DNA of 64,000 nt from Myxococcales bacterium (lineage in GTDB: Bacteria; Myxococcota_A; Polyangia; Polyangiales; DASUME01). The notes under the pieces are model-generated. The model had not been told where the DNA came from. It made no database searches and saw nothing but the letters and a program-made list of their open reading frames with translations. Position 1 is the stretch's first letter. Every line of letters starts with the position of its first letter. The DNA lies in NCBI GenBank assembly GCA_047601445.1, contig JASGJH010000001.1, forward strand, positions 3,552,001 through 3,616,000, read 5' to 3'. Positions 40,051-51,415 of the stretch are shown here, in pieces. The position numbers were made by a program, and so were the translations under genes.

Positions 40051-43000
40051 GTGTCCGAGCAGCTTGCACTGACCGAGCTGGCCAACCAGCTCCTTCGTCA
40101 CGCCGAGCCGAGCTTGCTCGACGCGCGGCTCGACGTGCTCGGCGAGCGCCTCGAGGACCAGGAGGTCGCCTCGCTGCTGCGGGCGAGCTTCGAGGCAGGC
40201 GAGGCGGATTCGCTGCGCGACCTGCTGGCCGAGGAGCGCTTCGCGGCCTGGATCGATCGCACGCTGACGAGCAGCGAAGAGCAAAGGCTCGAACAGGAGC
40301 TGACGCGTCTCCTGGGTGGCGCGGGCACGGCCGGTGTGGATGATCCCGAGCGCCTGGTGCGCATCCCCTCCGTACCCGATGGCTACGCGGAGCTGCAGGC
40401 CTGGGCCGAAGAGTACGATGTGGTCGAAGCTTTGCGCCGGCCCGCACGGGAGTTGTGGCCGGCTCAGCGCACCCAGGACGAGCACCTGACGCTGATGGAA
40501 GCCGCCCTCGGGGAGTACGAGCCACACACTCCCGCGAAGGCCTCCGACCTGAACCCGCAAGCGGACCTGAGGAGCCTCGCGCGCGCCCACCTGCGCAGGC
40601 TGGCGCTCTCGCGCGGCGCGCTCGGGGCGCGCACGAGTCTGTGGAGGCGGCGCGAAGCCGGCCACCCTGCCCTGCGCGTCCTGTGTGAGCGACTGCGCGC
40701 GCTGGTCATCAAGACCTCGCTGAGCGAGCTCCATCTACAGCGCTTCGTCCCGGCCCATCCGGTGCAGCTGGAACTACCCACGGGCGTGGCGCACGCACGC
40801 CTCACTGCGGCTGATGCACGCGAGGCGCACGAGCACGGCTCGGGACTTGCGGCACACCCGAAGGTGGCCGTGAACCTATTCCTCTCCGGCTATGAGCAGC
40901 GCGCCATCGAGGGCGAGTGCACGCACTGTGCGGGGAGCCGCTGCATTCATGTGGTGAGCGTGGCTGCGCGCCTGCTCGACGCCTGCCTCGACGTCGAAGA
41001 CCGCTTGCACGGCCGTCTGTGTGAGTGGGTCGAGGTGCCGTCCTGGAAGCGGGTCCTGCACGAGCTAACCGAACCGGAACGCGTCCGCGAGGCGCGCGGC
41101 GAGCACATCGTCTTTCAGCTGCGCAGCACGCCGCGTGGGGTACTCGTGGGCAGCTTCTTGATGAAGGCACCGTCCGACGGGCGCGCCTCGGCGGGCAAGC
41201 TGTGCACGCCCCAGCAGCTCTTGCGACACGGCGCCTGCAGTGATCTCGACCGACCGGTGCTGGAAGCCATGGTGCCTCACGCGCGCGCCATGAACCCAAG
41301 CTTCGTGCCGGCCGACATGGCGCTGCTGCGCGTGCTGTGTGAGCATCCCGCGATCCAGCGCGAGGGTCAGGCCGCCACCGTGCGGGTGGTCGAGGGCATT
41401 CTGAGCGTGGAACTGCTCGAACAAGCAGGCGGGCTGTTGCCGCGCGTAAGCCTCCATGGCGAGCCCATCGCGCCCGGCGCCGAGCACGCAGCAAGCTACG
41501 TGGTGTGTGAGCCGGCCGAACAAAACCAGCTGATTTTTGCGCCCCTCACTCAACCTCTGCGCAAGTTGCTGCGGGCGCTCTCGCATTTCCGCGGTGTGTT
41601 CCCCGAAGAGAGCTTTCCCGTGCTGGCCCCCTGGCTGAGCTCCCTGCGCGGCGCGGCCGAGGTGCAGGCACCGAAGAGCCTGGCCGGCCACGAGCGCCCC
41701 ACGCCGCGGCGTTTGCTGCTGCGCTTCACGCCGGGGGCCGACGAGGGCCTCGTGCTCGCGCTCAGCTTTCGGCCGCTCCCACTTGGCGCCGTCTATCCGC
41801 CCGGACGTGGACCCGCGTTGGTGCACGGGCTGGAGGACGGCAAGCCGATCCATGCGCGGCGCGATCTCGCCTGGGAAGCCCAGGAGGCCAACCGCGTGCT
41901 CCAGGCACTCGAGCTGAGCCAGCAGATCCGCGTGGACGCCTTCAGCTACGCCATCGAGACCACCCAGGATGCCCTGGGCGTGCTGGCGCGCGCCGCGCGA
42001 CTGGGCGAAGCCGTGAGTATCGAGTGGGCCGAGCGCGCGCGCCCGTGGAGTTTCGCCGGGACGGCGCACAAGGCCGACCTGAAGGTGGAGATCTTCAAGA
42101 AGGGCCAATGGTTCTCCTTGCAGGGAGGGCTCCGCCACGGCGACACGCTGATCGCGGTGAGCACCCTGCTCGAGGCAGCGCGGCGCGGCGAGCGCTTCGT
42201 GGAGGTGGAGGGACACAGCTTCCTCGAGCTCGAGCAAGCCCTATTCGAGCGCCTGGAAAACGCCCAGCTGTGTTTGATGGAGCTCTCGCCGAAGGACCTC
42301 AAGCTCGCTCCAGCGGCGTTGCCCTATTGGTTGCAAGAACTCGGGGACCAAAGCCGCGGCGGCGACGCCGCGAGCAACGCCTGGCTCGAGCGGATGGCTT
42401 CCGCACGGGACCGTCACGACACGACGCACGCCGCGAGCAGCTCCAGCGCAACCGCCCTGCCCGAGCTCGGCATCACTTTGCGTCCCTATCAGGAGCGCGG
42501 CGTGCGCTGGATGCTGAGCCAGGCAGAGTGGGCACACGGCGTGTGTTTGGCCGACGAGATGGGCCTCGGAAAGACACTTCAGGCCGGCAGCGTGCTCGCG
42601 GCGCGTGCCGACCTCGGCCCCGCTTTGGTGGTCGCCCCGACCTCCTTGCTCGACAACTGGCGCGTCGAGCTCACACGCTGCTCCAGCCGGCTCAAACCCC
42701 TCGTGTATCGCGGCAGCGAGCGCGGTGGTTTGCTGGCTGCGCTCGGCCCGGGTGACGTGGTGCTGGTGAGCTACGAGACCTTGCTGCGCGACGTGCGCGC
42801 CTTCGACTCGTTGCACTTCGCGACCCAGATCATCGACGAAGCGCAGGTGATCAAGAATGCCCGCACGCAGCGCGCACAGGCGGTTGCCGAGGTTCAGGCC
42901 GACTTCCGCATCGCGCTGTCGGGCACGCCCATCGAAAACCGGCTGGGCGACCTGTGGAGCCTGCTCGATCTCTTGGCGCCGGGGCTGCTCGGTCCGTGGC

Positions 43001-43845
43001 AACGTTTTCGCGCGCGCTTCGCGACCCCTATCGAGCGCTATGAGGACCCGGCACGCGCCGCGCAGCTCAAGGCGCTCGTCGCCCCCTTCTTCCTGCGGCG
43101 CACCAAGCGCGAGGTCGAGACCGAGCTGCCCCTCCGCACGGAGGTGGTGTGCAGCGTGGAGCTCTCTCCACCCGAGCGCGAGCTCTATGAAGCCGCGGTC
43201 CACGAGGCGCGCCGCGCGCTCGGCCACCGGAGCCGCCACGACGCTCGACGCACGGTGCAGATCCTCGCCGAGCTCACCCGCCTGCGACAACTCGCATGTC
43301 ATCCGCGCCTCGTGCTCGACGTGCCCGACACCAGCTCGGCCAAGCTCGAGCGTCTGCTCGCAGTGCTCGACGACATCCTCCCCCGGGGCCACCGCGCACT
43401 CCTGTTCAGTCAGTTCACGCGCCACCTGGGCCTCGTGCGCGAGGCGCTCGAGCGCCGCGGTGTGCCCTATCTCTACCTCGACGGCTCCACGCCGGGCGCC
43501 GCGCGCAGCGCGCTCGTGGAGCGCTTCCAGGCCGGCGAGACATCCCTCTTCTTGATCTCCCTCAAGGCGGGCGGCACGGGCCTCAACCTCACCGAGGCCG
43601 ACTACGTCATCCACCTCGATCCATGGTGGAACCCCGCGGCGGAAGACCAGGCCAGCGATCGCGCCCATCGCCTCGGACAACAGCGTCCGGTGACCGTGGT
43701 GAAGCTAGTCACGCAAGACACGATCGAGGAAAAGGTCCTCGCGCTCCACGCCCACAAGCGCAAGCTCGCGGAGGCGGTGCTCCTGGGCGAGGGCCCGGTC
43801 GAACAGCTCGATCAAGACACGCTGGAAGCCCTGTTGCTCGAGTGA
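40051..43845 (+). CDS. SNF2-family ATPase with SWIM-like Zn finger
   Basis: CTHC....CIH; LRPYQ, LADEMGLGKT, DEAQ.IKN, SGTPIEN, LRRTK, FSQF, SLKAGGTGLNL and WWNPA.EDQASDRAHRLGQ. Confidence 0.95.
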   Translation: MSEQLALTELANQLLRHAEPSLLDARLDVLGERLEDQEVASLLRASFEAGEADSLRDLLAEERFAAWIDRTLTSSEEQRLEQELTRLLGGAGTAGVDDPERLVRIPSVPDGYAELQAWAEEYDVVEALRRPARELWPAQRTQDEHLTLMEAALGEYEPHTPAKASDLNPQADLRSLARAHLRRLALSRGALGARTSLWRRREAGHPALRVLCERLRALVIKTSLSELHLQRFVPAHPVQLELPTGVAHARLTAADAREAHEHGSGLAAHPKVAVNLFLSGYEQRAIEGECTHCAGSRCIHVVSVAARLLDACLDVEDRLHGRLCEWVEVPSWKRVLHELTEPERVREARGEHIVFQLRSTPRGVLVGSFLMKAPSDGRASAGKLCTPQQLLRHGACSDLDRPVLEAMVPHARAMNPSFVPADMALLRVLCEHPAIQREGQAATVRVVEGILSVELLEQAGGLLPRVSLHGEPIAPGAEHAASYVVCEPAEQNQLIFAPLTQPLRKLLRALSHFRGVFPEESFPVLAPWLSSLRGAAEVQAPKSLAGHERPTPRRLLLRFTPGADEGLVLALSFRPLPLGAVYPPGRGPALVHGLEDGKPIHARRDLAWEAQEANRVLQALELSQQIRVDAFSYAIETTQDALGVLARAARLGEAVSIEWAERARPWSFAGTAHKADLKVEIFKKGQWFSLQGGLRHGDTLIAVSTLLEAARRGERFVEVEGHSFLELEQALFERLENAQLCLMELSPKDLKLAPAALPYWLQELGDQSRGGDAASNAWLERMASARDRHDTTHAASSSSATALPELGITLRPYQERGVRWMLSQAEWAHGVCLADEMGLGKTLQAGSVLAARADLGPALVVAPTSLLDNWRVELTRCSSRLKPLVYRGSERGGLLAALGPGDVVLVSYETLLRDVRAFDSLHFATQIIDEAQVIKNARTQRAQAVAEVQADFRIALSGTPIENRLGDLWSLLDLLAPGLLGPWQRFRARFATPIERYEDPARAAQLKALVAPFFLRRTKREVETELPLRTEVVCSVELSPPERELYEAAVHEARRALGHRSRHDARRTVQILAELTRLRQLACHPRLVLDVPDTSSAKLERLLAVLDDILPRGHRALLFSQFTRHLGLVREALERRGVPYLYLDGSTPGAARSALVERFQAGETSLFLISLKAGGTGLNLTEADYVIHLDPWWNPAAEDQASDRAHRLGQQRPVTVVKLVTQDTIEEKVLALHAHKRKLAEAVLLGEGPVEQLDQDTLEALLLE

Positions 43846-43878
43846 ACTGCACGCGGCCGCTCGAAGCACTGCGCTCGC

Positions 43879-44244
43879 TCAGTCATCCGAGTCGCTCGGC
43901 ACTCCGGGCAACGCCTGGTAGGAACTACCCTGGATGATACCGCCGCGCTCCACTTCGAGTGAGTCGTAGGTGGCATGGCCCTCGACGTGACCCGAGCTCA
44001 ACACCCGCAGGTGCCCCCGGGCCCGCACGATGCCATCCACGCGCCCGCGTACCGAGAGCTCGTTCGCGATCACTTCACCGAGCACGCGACCCTGCGGGCC
44101 GATCGCAATCGTCCCTTCAGTCACCACGTTGCCCACCACGGCGCCTTCGATAACCGCCTCGCCTCGCACCCGCAGCTCGCCCTCGAGGGCACAGCCCTCC
44201 GCCAGAATCGTGGTTCCGCGCGCGCGCGCAGCCTTCTCAGCCAT
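43879..44244 (-). CDS. Bactofilin (polymer-forming cytoskeletal protein)
   Basis: TILAEG..LEGEL...G...IEG...GNV...G...IG..G.V.G beta-solenoid pattern ending LEVERGGIIQG. Confidence 0.88.
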   Translation of the reverse strand: MAEKAARARGTTILAEGCALEGELRVRGEAVIEGAVVGNVVTEGTIAIGPQGRVLGEVIANELSVRGRVDGIVRARGHLRVLSSGHVEGHATYDSLEVERGGIIQGSSYQALPGVPSDSDD

Positions 44245-44419
44245 GATCCCTCCGAGCCATGCCTTCGATGGTAAGCCAGCTCGAGCGTCAAATGGGAGCG
44301 CGGGAAACAAACGGCGTCCAAAGCGGTCGCAGCCGCGAGTCCAGGTGCAGACCATGGGTGTGCTTCTCCCACACCCCCGCAAGCAACCTTTCTCCCAGTT
44401 CCACGTAAGACTGGAATGC

Positions 44420-45177
44420 TCACGACTTCAGCCGGTACCCCGTCTTGAAGATCCACACGATGCCGGCCAAGCACAGCAGCATGAATCCGAAGGTCATCCC
44501 CAGGCTCAACGCAATGTCGACGTCGGAGATCCCGTAGAAGCTCCAGCGAAACCCGTTGATCAAATAGACCACCGGGTTGAACAGGGTGACCTTCTGCCAG
44601 AACGGCGGCAGCATCTTGATGGAGTAGAAGCTGCCACCCAAGAACGTCATCGGCGTGATGATCATGATGGGGATGATCTGTAGCTTCTCGAAGCCTGTGG
44701 CCCACAACCCCAGGATGAAGCCGAACAAGCAGAAGGTGACCGAGGTGAGCACCAGGAAGGTCACCATCCACACGGGGTGCAAGATCTGAAACGGCACGAA
44801 CAGGCGCGCGGTGGCCAGGATGATGCTACCGATAATCATCGACTTGGTGGCCGCGGCCCCCACGTAGCCAATCACGATTTCCGCGGGCGACACGGGCGCC
44901 GACAGGAGCTCGAAGATGGTACCCGCCCAGCGCGGCATGTAGATGCCGAAGGAGGCGTTGGAGATGCTCTCGTTGAGCACGGAGAGCATCATCAAGCCTG
45001 GCACGATGAACGCTGCGTAGTGCACGCCGTCGATCTCGCTCATGCGCGAGCCGATGGCAGAGCCGAACACCACGAAGTACAGCGACGTGGAGATCACCGG
45101 GGAGAGGATGCTCTGCACGAGCGTGCGCCAGGTGCGGTTGAGCTCGAAGCGATAGATGGCGCGGATGGCGTGCGTGT

Positions 45178-45181
<4 letters not shown>
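44420..45181 (-). CDS. ABC-2 type transporter permease (YadH-like)
   Basis: [32 protein letters not shown] and [12 protein letters not shown]; coupled to the ATPase gene. Confidence 0.93.
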
Positions 45182-46104
<923 letters not shown>

Positions 46105-46179
46105 GTTGCGGCTAGTTTAGGCGAAGCCGTGTCTCGCGCGACCCCAACCAGATGAGCCCGAAAGGGCACGCGCCTCATT

Positions 46180-47104
46180 TTGGCAAGCACACTTGAAGTG
46201 CGGATCCTGCATGGCAAAGTTTCTTCGGTGCTGCCAACCACGTCGACAGACAATGCGGCTCGCATTCTGCTCGCGGAGGACGACCCGAGCACGAGTGAGC
46301 TATTGCAGACGTTCTTGGAGAGCAACGGCTACGAAGTCGCCACCGCGGATACAGGTCGCCGTGCGCTCGACGAACTGGAGCATCGCCCCTTCGATCTGGT
46401 GCTGAGCGATTCTCGCCATGCCCGGGGGAGACGGCTTCGATCTGGTCACCAAGGTGCGCCAGATGGGCCTGGTGGATCTACCCGTGATCCTCATGTCGGC
46501 GAACTATGAAAGCGCGTTACGGGTCCAGGGGCTCAATTTGGGCGCCGACGATTTCGTGCTCAAACCGCTCGACCTGGATGAGCTGCTGGCCCGCGTCCAG
46601 TCTCATCTGCGGCGCAGCGACCGCCAAACCCAACTCGTTCGCGATACGGTGCTGGATCCGCTCACCCAGGTGCTCAACCGCCGTGGTATCGCGGAGCAGT
46701 TCGAGGCCCAGCGCATGACAGACCCTGGCCGCAGTGTGGCAGCCCTGGTGATCGACCTGGACGGCTTCAAGGGTATCAACGACCGGCACGGGCACGCCAC
46801 GGGCGACGCCGCTCTGTGCGCCGTCAGCAGAGCCCTCGAGAACACCGTTCGCGCGACCGACTTCGTGGGGCGCCTGGGCGGCGACGAGTTCGTGGTGTTG
46901 ATGCTCGACACGGACCGAGAGAGCGCCGAGCACCTGGCCCAACGCGTGCGTCAACTCTCTCCCGTGGCCTTCCGTTCCACCGCGGACGGAGAGCTGCAGG
47001 TGCGCTTCTCGGTGGGCCTCGCCACCGGCGTGGGTGACGACCTCGAGGGGCTCCTCGAGAGCGCCGACGCCCAGATGTACGCCCGCAAGCGCAAGACCAA
47101 CTGA
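46180..47104 (+). CDS. Response-regulator diguanylate cyclase REC-GGDEF (frameshift at 46408-46412)
   Basis: ILLAEDD; one-base removal gives DLVLSDLAMPGGDG; GADDFVLKP; DLDGFKGINDRHGH; RATD...GGDEF. Start uncertain. Confidence 0.9.
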
Positions 47105-47119
47105 CGGTTCTCACACCGT

Positions 47120-48928
47120 CTAGTTGAGGCGTCGGCGACGACGATCTCCGCGCCGCAAGGAGCGCAATGCCGAGAGCAGCTGGTCGGGCTCCACGGGCTT
47201 GGTCACGTGGCGCTGGAAACCGGCCATGATGGAAGCCTCGCGGTCTTTGCTGCGCGCGTGGGCGGTGAGCGCGATGGCTGGCGTGCTACCCCCGGCGGCG
47301 GGCGAGAGGGCGCGCACGCGGCGGATCAGAGAGTTGCCGTCGACACCGCTCATGCCGATGTCGGACACCAGCACGTCGGGGTGTAGCTCGCGCAGACATT
47401 CGAGCGCTTCGCTCGCGTTGCGGGCCTCGGTGACGTGGCCGTGGGCACGCTCCAGCAAGGCCTTCACGTATTCGCGCGTGTCGTTGTCATCGTCGACCAA
47501 CAGGATATGCATCCCGTCGAGGACCGGCCCCAGCGTGGCCTGTCGCGGCAGCGCGCTCTCTTGCGCATCGGCGACCTGACTGGCCTCGGCAAGCTCGAGT
47601 ACCGGCAGGCGCACCACGAACAGCGCTCCCTTGCCGAGCCCCGGACTCGACGCCGTGACGACGCCACCGTGGGCGAGCACCAGATGCTGGACGATCGAGA
47701 GTCCGAGCCCGAGGCCTCCCATCTTGCGCGTGGTGCCGCCTTCCGCCTGACGGAAGCGCTCGAACACTTGGGGCAAAAACTCGGGCGCCATGCCGATGCC
47801 GGTGTCGCTGACGCGGATGTGAATCTGCTGACCTTGACGCGCGGCGGAAACGGCGACCTGCCCGGATGGTGGCGTGAATTTCACGGCATTGGAGAGCAGG
47901 TTCCACACCACTTGCTGCAAGCGCTTGGGATCCCCGGAGACCATACACGCGATCGGCCGCCCGGGATCGCGCGCGGGCACGCTCACTTCGAGCCCCAAGC
48001 CCTTGGCGTCCGCCAACGGACGCACGCTCTCGACGGCGGCCAGCACCACCTGCGCCATGTCGGTGGGCTCGGGCTCCAGGGTGAGCTTGCCGGACACGAT
48101 GCGTCCCACGTCGAGCAGGTCTTCGATCAAGCGCGCCTGCACCTGGGCGTTGCGCGCGATGGTGTCGATGGCGCGCTCGCGCTTCTCGGGGGTCAGCATG
48201 TTGTTCCGCAATAGGTGCAACCAGCCGAGGATGGCCGTGAGCGGCGTGCGTAGCTCGTGACTGACCGCGGCCAAGAATTCGTCCTTCTGCCGGTTGGCCT
48301 CCTCGGCCTCGGCGCGCGCCGCGCGCTCGAGATGCAGCGACTCGGCGCGCTCGATCTCGGCGCGCTCGAGCCCCTGCGCCAGTTGCATGACATCCAGTTC
48401 GCGCTGCTTGCGATCGGTGATGTCGAACAGGGCGCCCCCGAGGCGGACGGGCTCGCCGTGCTCATCGAACACGACCTGACCGCGCGCCTCGATCCAGCGC
48501 ACGGGTTGGTCGGGCCGCTCGCGCGTGCGGTGCTCCAGCATGTAGCGACCGTCGCCGTGCGGGTCGAGCGCGTGGGCTACCGCCCTGCGCGCGTTCTCCA
48601 GGTCGTCCACATGCACCACGCTCAGCGCCTCGTCGAGGCTGGGGAAGAAGTCCTGCTCGGTTCCCAGCAGCTGGCAGGCGCGCTCGTCGAACAACAGCCC
48701 CCCGTCATAGGCAGGTCCGCCTTCGAAGGTGCCCGCGCCGGAGGCATCGATCATGTCCTGCAAGCGTCCCTCGCTGCGCGAGAGCTTCTCCTCCACCGGG
48801 AGGCTCGAGCCGCGCAACTGGCCCGTGGCGGTGTACTCGACGCTGGCGGCTTCGCAGTGCGGCGCGTGGTCGAGGCGTTCGCACGGATAGGGCCAGGCAC
48901 GGGGGCCTTTGCTGCGGGGCGAGCCCAT
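47120..48928 (-). CDS. Cytoplasmic hybrid histidine kinase (PAS-HisKA-HATPase-REC)
   Basis: PAS (VHVDD...WIEARG), SHELRTPL, NLLSNAVKFT, DTGIG, GGLGLGL, receiver SDIGM...KPV. Start uncertain. Confidence 0.93.
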   Translation of the reverse strand: MGSPRSKGPRAWPYPCERLDHAPHCEAASVEYTATGQLRGSSLPVEEKLSRSEGRLQDMIDASGAGTFEGGPAYDGGLLFDERACQLLGTEQDFFPSLDEALSVVHVDDLENARRAVAHALDPHGDGRYMLEHRTRERPDQPVRWIEARGQVVFDEHGEPVRLGGALFDITDRKQRELDVMQLAQGLERAEIERAESLHLERAARAEAEEANRQKDEFLAAVSHELRTPLTAILGWLHLLRNNMLTPEKRERAIDTIARNAQVQARLIEDLLDVGRIVSGKLTLEPEPTDMAQVVLAAVESVRPLADAKGLGLEVSVPARDPGRPIACMVSGDPKRLQQVVWNLLSNAVKFTPPSGQVAVSAARQGQQIHIRVSDTGIGMAPEFLPQVFERFRQAEGGTTRKMGGLGLGLSIVQHLVLAHGGVVTASSPGLGKGALFVVRLPVLELAEASQVADAQESALPRQATLGPVLDGMHILLVDDDNDTREYVKALLERAHGHVTEARNASEALECLRELHPDVLVSDIGMSGVDGNSLIRRVRALSPAAGGSTPAIALTAHARSKDREASIMAGFQRHVTKPVEPDQLLSALRSLRRGDRRRRRLN

Positions 48929-49035
48929 GGCACACGAGGTACACACAGGCCGCGTCCACGCCAGCGCACGCTTCCGCACGCGCTTGCTAGGCCGAGCGGG
49001 CCGTCCTATTCCCGGGGTCGAGAGGTAAGTTCGTC

Positions 49036-49818
49036 ATGACCGGTCGCGTGCGTGTGGAGAGAGAGGGGCAGCTCGGTTTCGTGGTGTTCGAGAACGTGGC
49101 GCGGCACAACGCGCTCACGCTGGCCATGTGGCGGCAGATCCCCGAGGCCGTGGCCGAGCTCGACGCGGATCCCGAGGTCCGTGTGATCCTCCTGCGCGGC
49201 GCCGGCGACGCAGCCTTCATCTCGGGGGCCGACATCTCCGAGTTCGAAGAGGCGCGCAACCCGGACAATCGCGAGCGCTACGAGCAGGAGAACGCCGCCG
49301 CCTACGCCGCCATCCACGACGCGCAAAAGCCCACCATCGCCATGATCCACGGCTTCTGCATCGGCGGGGGCCTCGCCATCGCGCTCAACACGGACCTGCG
49401 CTACGCGGCCGACGACGCCCGGCTCGGCATCCCAGCGGCGCGGCTCGGACTCGGCTACAGCCCCGCAGGCATCCGTCGACTCAGCCAGGTCGTGGGCTTT
49501 TCGCGCGCACAGGAGATCGTCTTCACCGCCAAGCGTTTCGAGGCGCGCGAAGCACTGCAGATGGGCCTGGTCAACGCGGTGTTCGAGAAAGCCGAGCTCG
49601 AACGACAGGTCACGAGTATCGCACGCACCATCGCACAGAACGCCCCGCTCACGCTGCGCGCCGTGAAGCGCAGCGTGCGCGAGCTGGAGAAGCCCGAGCG
49701 TGACTACGACGGCGCTGCGGCCGACGCAGCCGTGAAGGCGTGCTTCGAGAGCGAAGACTATCGCGAAGGCGTGCGCGCTTTTCTCGACAAGCGACCGCCC
49801 CAATTCCAGGGGCGTTGA
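49036..49818 (+). CDS. Enoyl-CoA hydratase/isomerase family protein
   Basis: AFISGADISEF, KPTIAMIHGFCIGGG, GIPAARLGLGY and DYREGVRAF. Confidence 0.93.
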   Translation: MTGRVRVEREGQLGFVVFENVARHNALTLAMWRQIPEAVAELDADPEVRVILLRGAGDAAFISGADISEFEEARNPDNRERYEQENAAAYAAIHDAQKPTIAMIHGFCIGGGLAIALNTDLRYAADDARLGIPAARLGLGYSPAGIRRLSQVVGFSRAQEIVFTAKRFEAREALQMGLVNAVFEKAELERQVTSIARTIAQNAPLTLRAVKRSVRELEKPERDYDGAAADAAVKACFESEDYREGVRAFLDKRPPQFQGR

Positions 49819-49966
49819 GCCGGCGTCTCCAGCCACGGAGCGCAAGCGTCGAAGCGCCGCAAGCGCGCGCACAGCCCGCTGATCGAGCGGCTGCGAGCCG
49901 CCCCACAGGCCGCGCATTCAGCGCGCCAAACGCCCCGCGAGCCCCTGTATTCTGCGGGCAGTGTCG

Positions 49967-51409
49967 ATGCGTGGACTCGGAGTGCGGTGCGGCCTCGCGC
50001 TGGGCCTCTGGCTCGTGGGCGGGGGTTGCGGAACCATCGGTGTGGACCTCAAGGACCTTCCCTTCGAGGCAGACGAGGACGACGAACACGGCCGGCTGCT
50101 CGATGGGGCCGCCCGTGATGCTGCCACACTGGATGGAGATGGAGAGACGCTCGCCGACGGCGGCGGCGTGCTCAAGGAGTCGGACGCAAGCCACGAGCTC
50201 GGCTGTGACGACCTCGACCCGTCCACTTGCGACGACCTTCCAGAGGCGGGCAGCATGGACGCTACGGCGGCTGGCGCTTCCGACGGCGCGGTGACCTCGC
50301 CGGAGCCAGACGGCGGAAGCACCGGCGACGACGACGCAGGAGGAGCCGGTCCCGATGCGGCAGGACCCACGCTCTGCGAGCTGCTGGAGCTTCCTGCTGC
50401 GCCGCTCGTACACTTGCCTCTCGACGAGACGAATGGCCTGGTGGCGTTCGACGCACGCGGGGCCCACAACGGCAGCTTGCTCAACAGCACAGGTAGCTGG
50501 ACGGCGGGCCAGGTCGCGGGTGCGCTCGCATTCGATGGCAATGACGACTACGTGAGCGTCGGCAACGTGGGAGCCGCCAAGAGCATCGCGCTCTGGCTGC
50601 GCGCGGACTCCTATGGCGTAACCAGCGATCAAACGGGCTATCGCTTCCCGACTGCCACCGGCAGCCCCAAGAATCAGTGGACCAACCCCACCCTGGCCTA
50701 TGCAGACGACGGCCAGTCGAGCCAGGTGACCGGGCTGTTGACCGGTGCAGCGCAGGATTGGAGCTCCTTCGATCTCACCGTGCCGTCTGCGATCACCGGC
50801 ATCGAGGTCAAGCTCGACATGCAGAGCGCGGCCCTGAACTTGCTCGCCAACACCCAGGTCACGCTGTCGGGCGACGCCGGCGGAACCTACAGCAGCGCCT
50901 GCACCTCGGGCCAGATCCTGAGCCTGGGTGGAACCCTCTACAACTGCGGCAACGCCACCGATCTGTGGGGACGCAGCTGGAGCGCCAACGAGGTCAGCAA
51001 CGCGAAGTTCCGTGCGCGCGTCAGCTATAGCGTGGTGCTCGGGACCCTGTTCCTCGACTACCTGGCCGTGAACGTGCACTACGTCCCCTTCACCGCCGGC
51101 CGCGGTGTGCTCAACCTGAACGCGAGCACGCACGTGACCTTCTCCGCCCAGGCGCTCGACGTCAGCAGCTTCCCGGTCGGCACCCAGGTCTACGTCGACG
51201 GCGTACTCGGCAATCAGGTCGGCCCCGGCTTCCACCACGTGGTGATCAGCAGCCCCAGCGCGATCCCCATGAGCGGCGTGGAATTCGGGCGCGCCCTGAG
51301 CAGCAGCCCGTATTTCCAGGGCCGCCTCGACGAGGTGCGCATCTACGCCGAAAGCCTCACGCCGGGCCAAATCGACGCGCTCGTTCACCACCTCGAGTGC
51401 GCGCCCTGA
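49967..51409 (+). CDS. Probable lipoprotein with LamG-like jelly-roll interrupted by an inserted domain
   Basis: Lipobox-like GGGC and acidic linker. LamG N-half LDETNG..AFD...GALAFDGNDDYV...ALW and C-half YVDG...HHVV...FQGRLDEVRIY...LT..QI are separated by about 155 aa. Confidence 0.8.
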   Translation: MRGLGVRCGLALGLWLVGGGCGTIGVDLKDLPFEADEDDEHGRLLDGAARDAATLDGDGETLADGGGVLKESDASHELGCDDLDPSTCDDLPEAGSMDATAAGASDGAVTSPEPDGGSTGDDDAGGAGPDAAGPTLCELLELPAAPLVHLPLDETNGLVAFDARGAHNGSLLNSTGSWTAGQVAGALAFDGNDDYVSVGNVGAAKSIALWLRADSYGVTSDQTGYRFPTATGSPKNQWTNPTLAYADDGQSSQVTGLLTGAAQDWSSFDLTVPSAITGIEVKLDMQSAALNLLANTQVTLSGDAGGTYSSACTSGQILSLGGTLYNCGNATDLWGRSWSANEVSNAKFRARVSYSVVLGTLFLDYLAVNVHYVPFTAGRGVLNLNASTHVTFSAQALDVSSFPVGTQVYVDGVLGNQVGPGFHHVVISSPSAIPMSGVEFGRALSSSPYFQGRLDEVRIYAESLTPGQIDALVHHLECAP

Positions 51410-51415
51410 GGCGAC

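Noticed and set aside
40051..43845. SNF2 ATPase as part of an anti-phage system
   Set aside because: No methyltransferase, nuclease, PglZ or other defence partner is adjacent; neighbours are housekeeping-type genes.
46181..46197. Sigma54 promoter TGGCAAGCACACTTGA upstream of the REC-GGDEF gene
   Set aside because: Spacing is one base too long and the -12 GC is missing.
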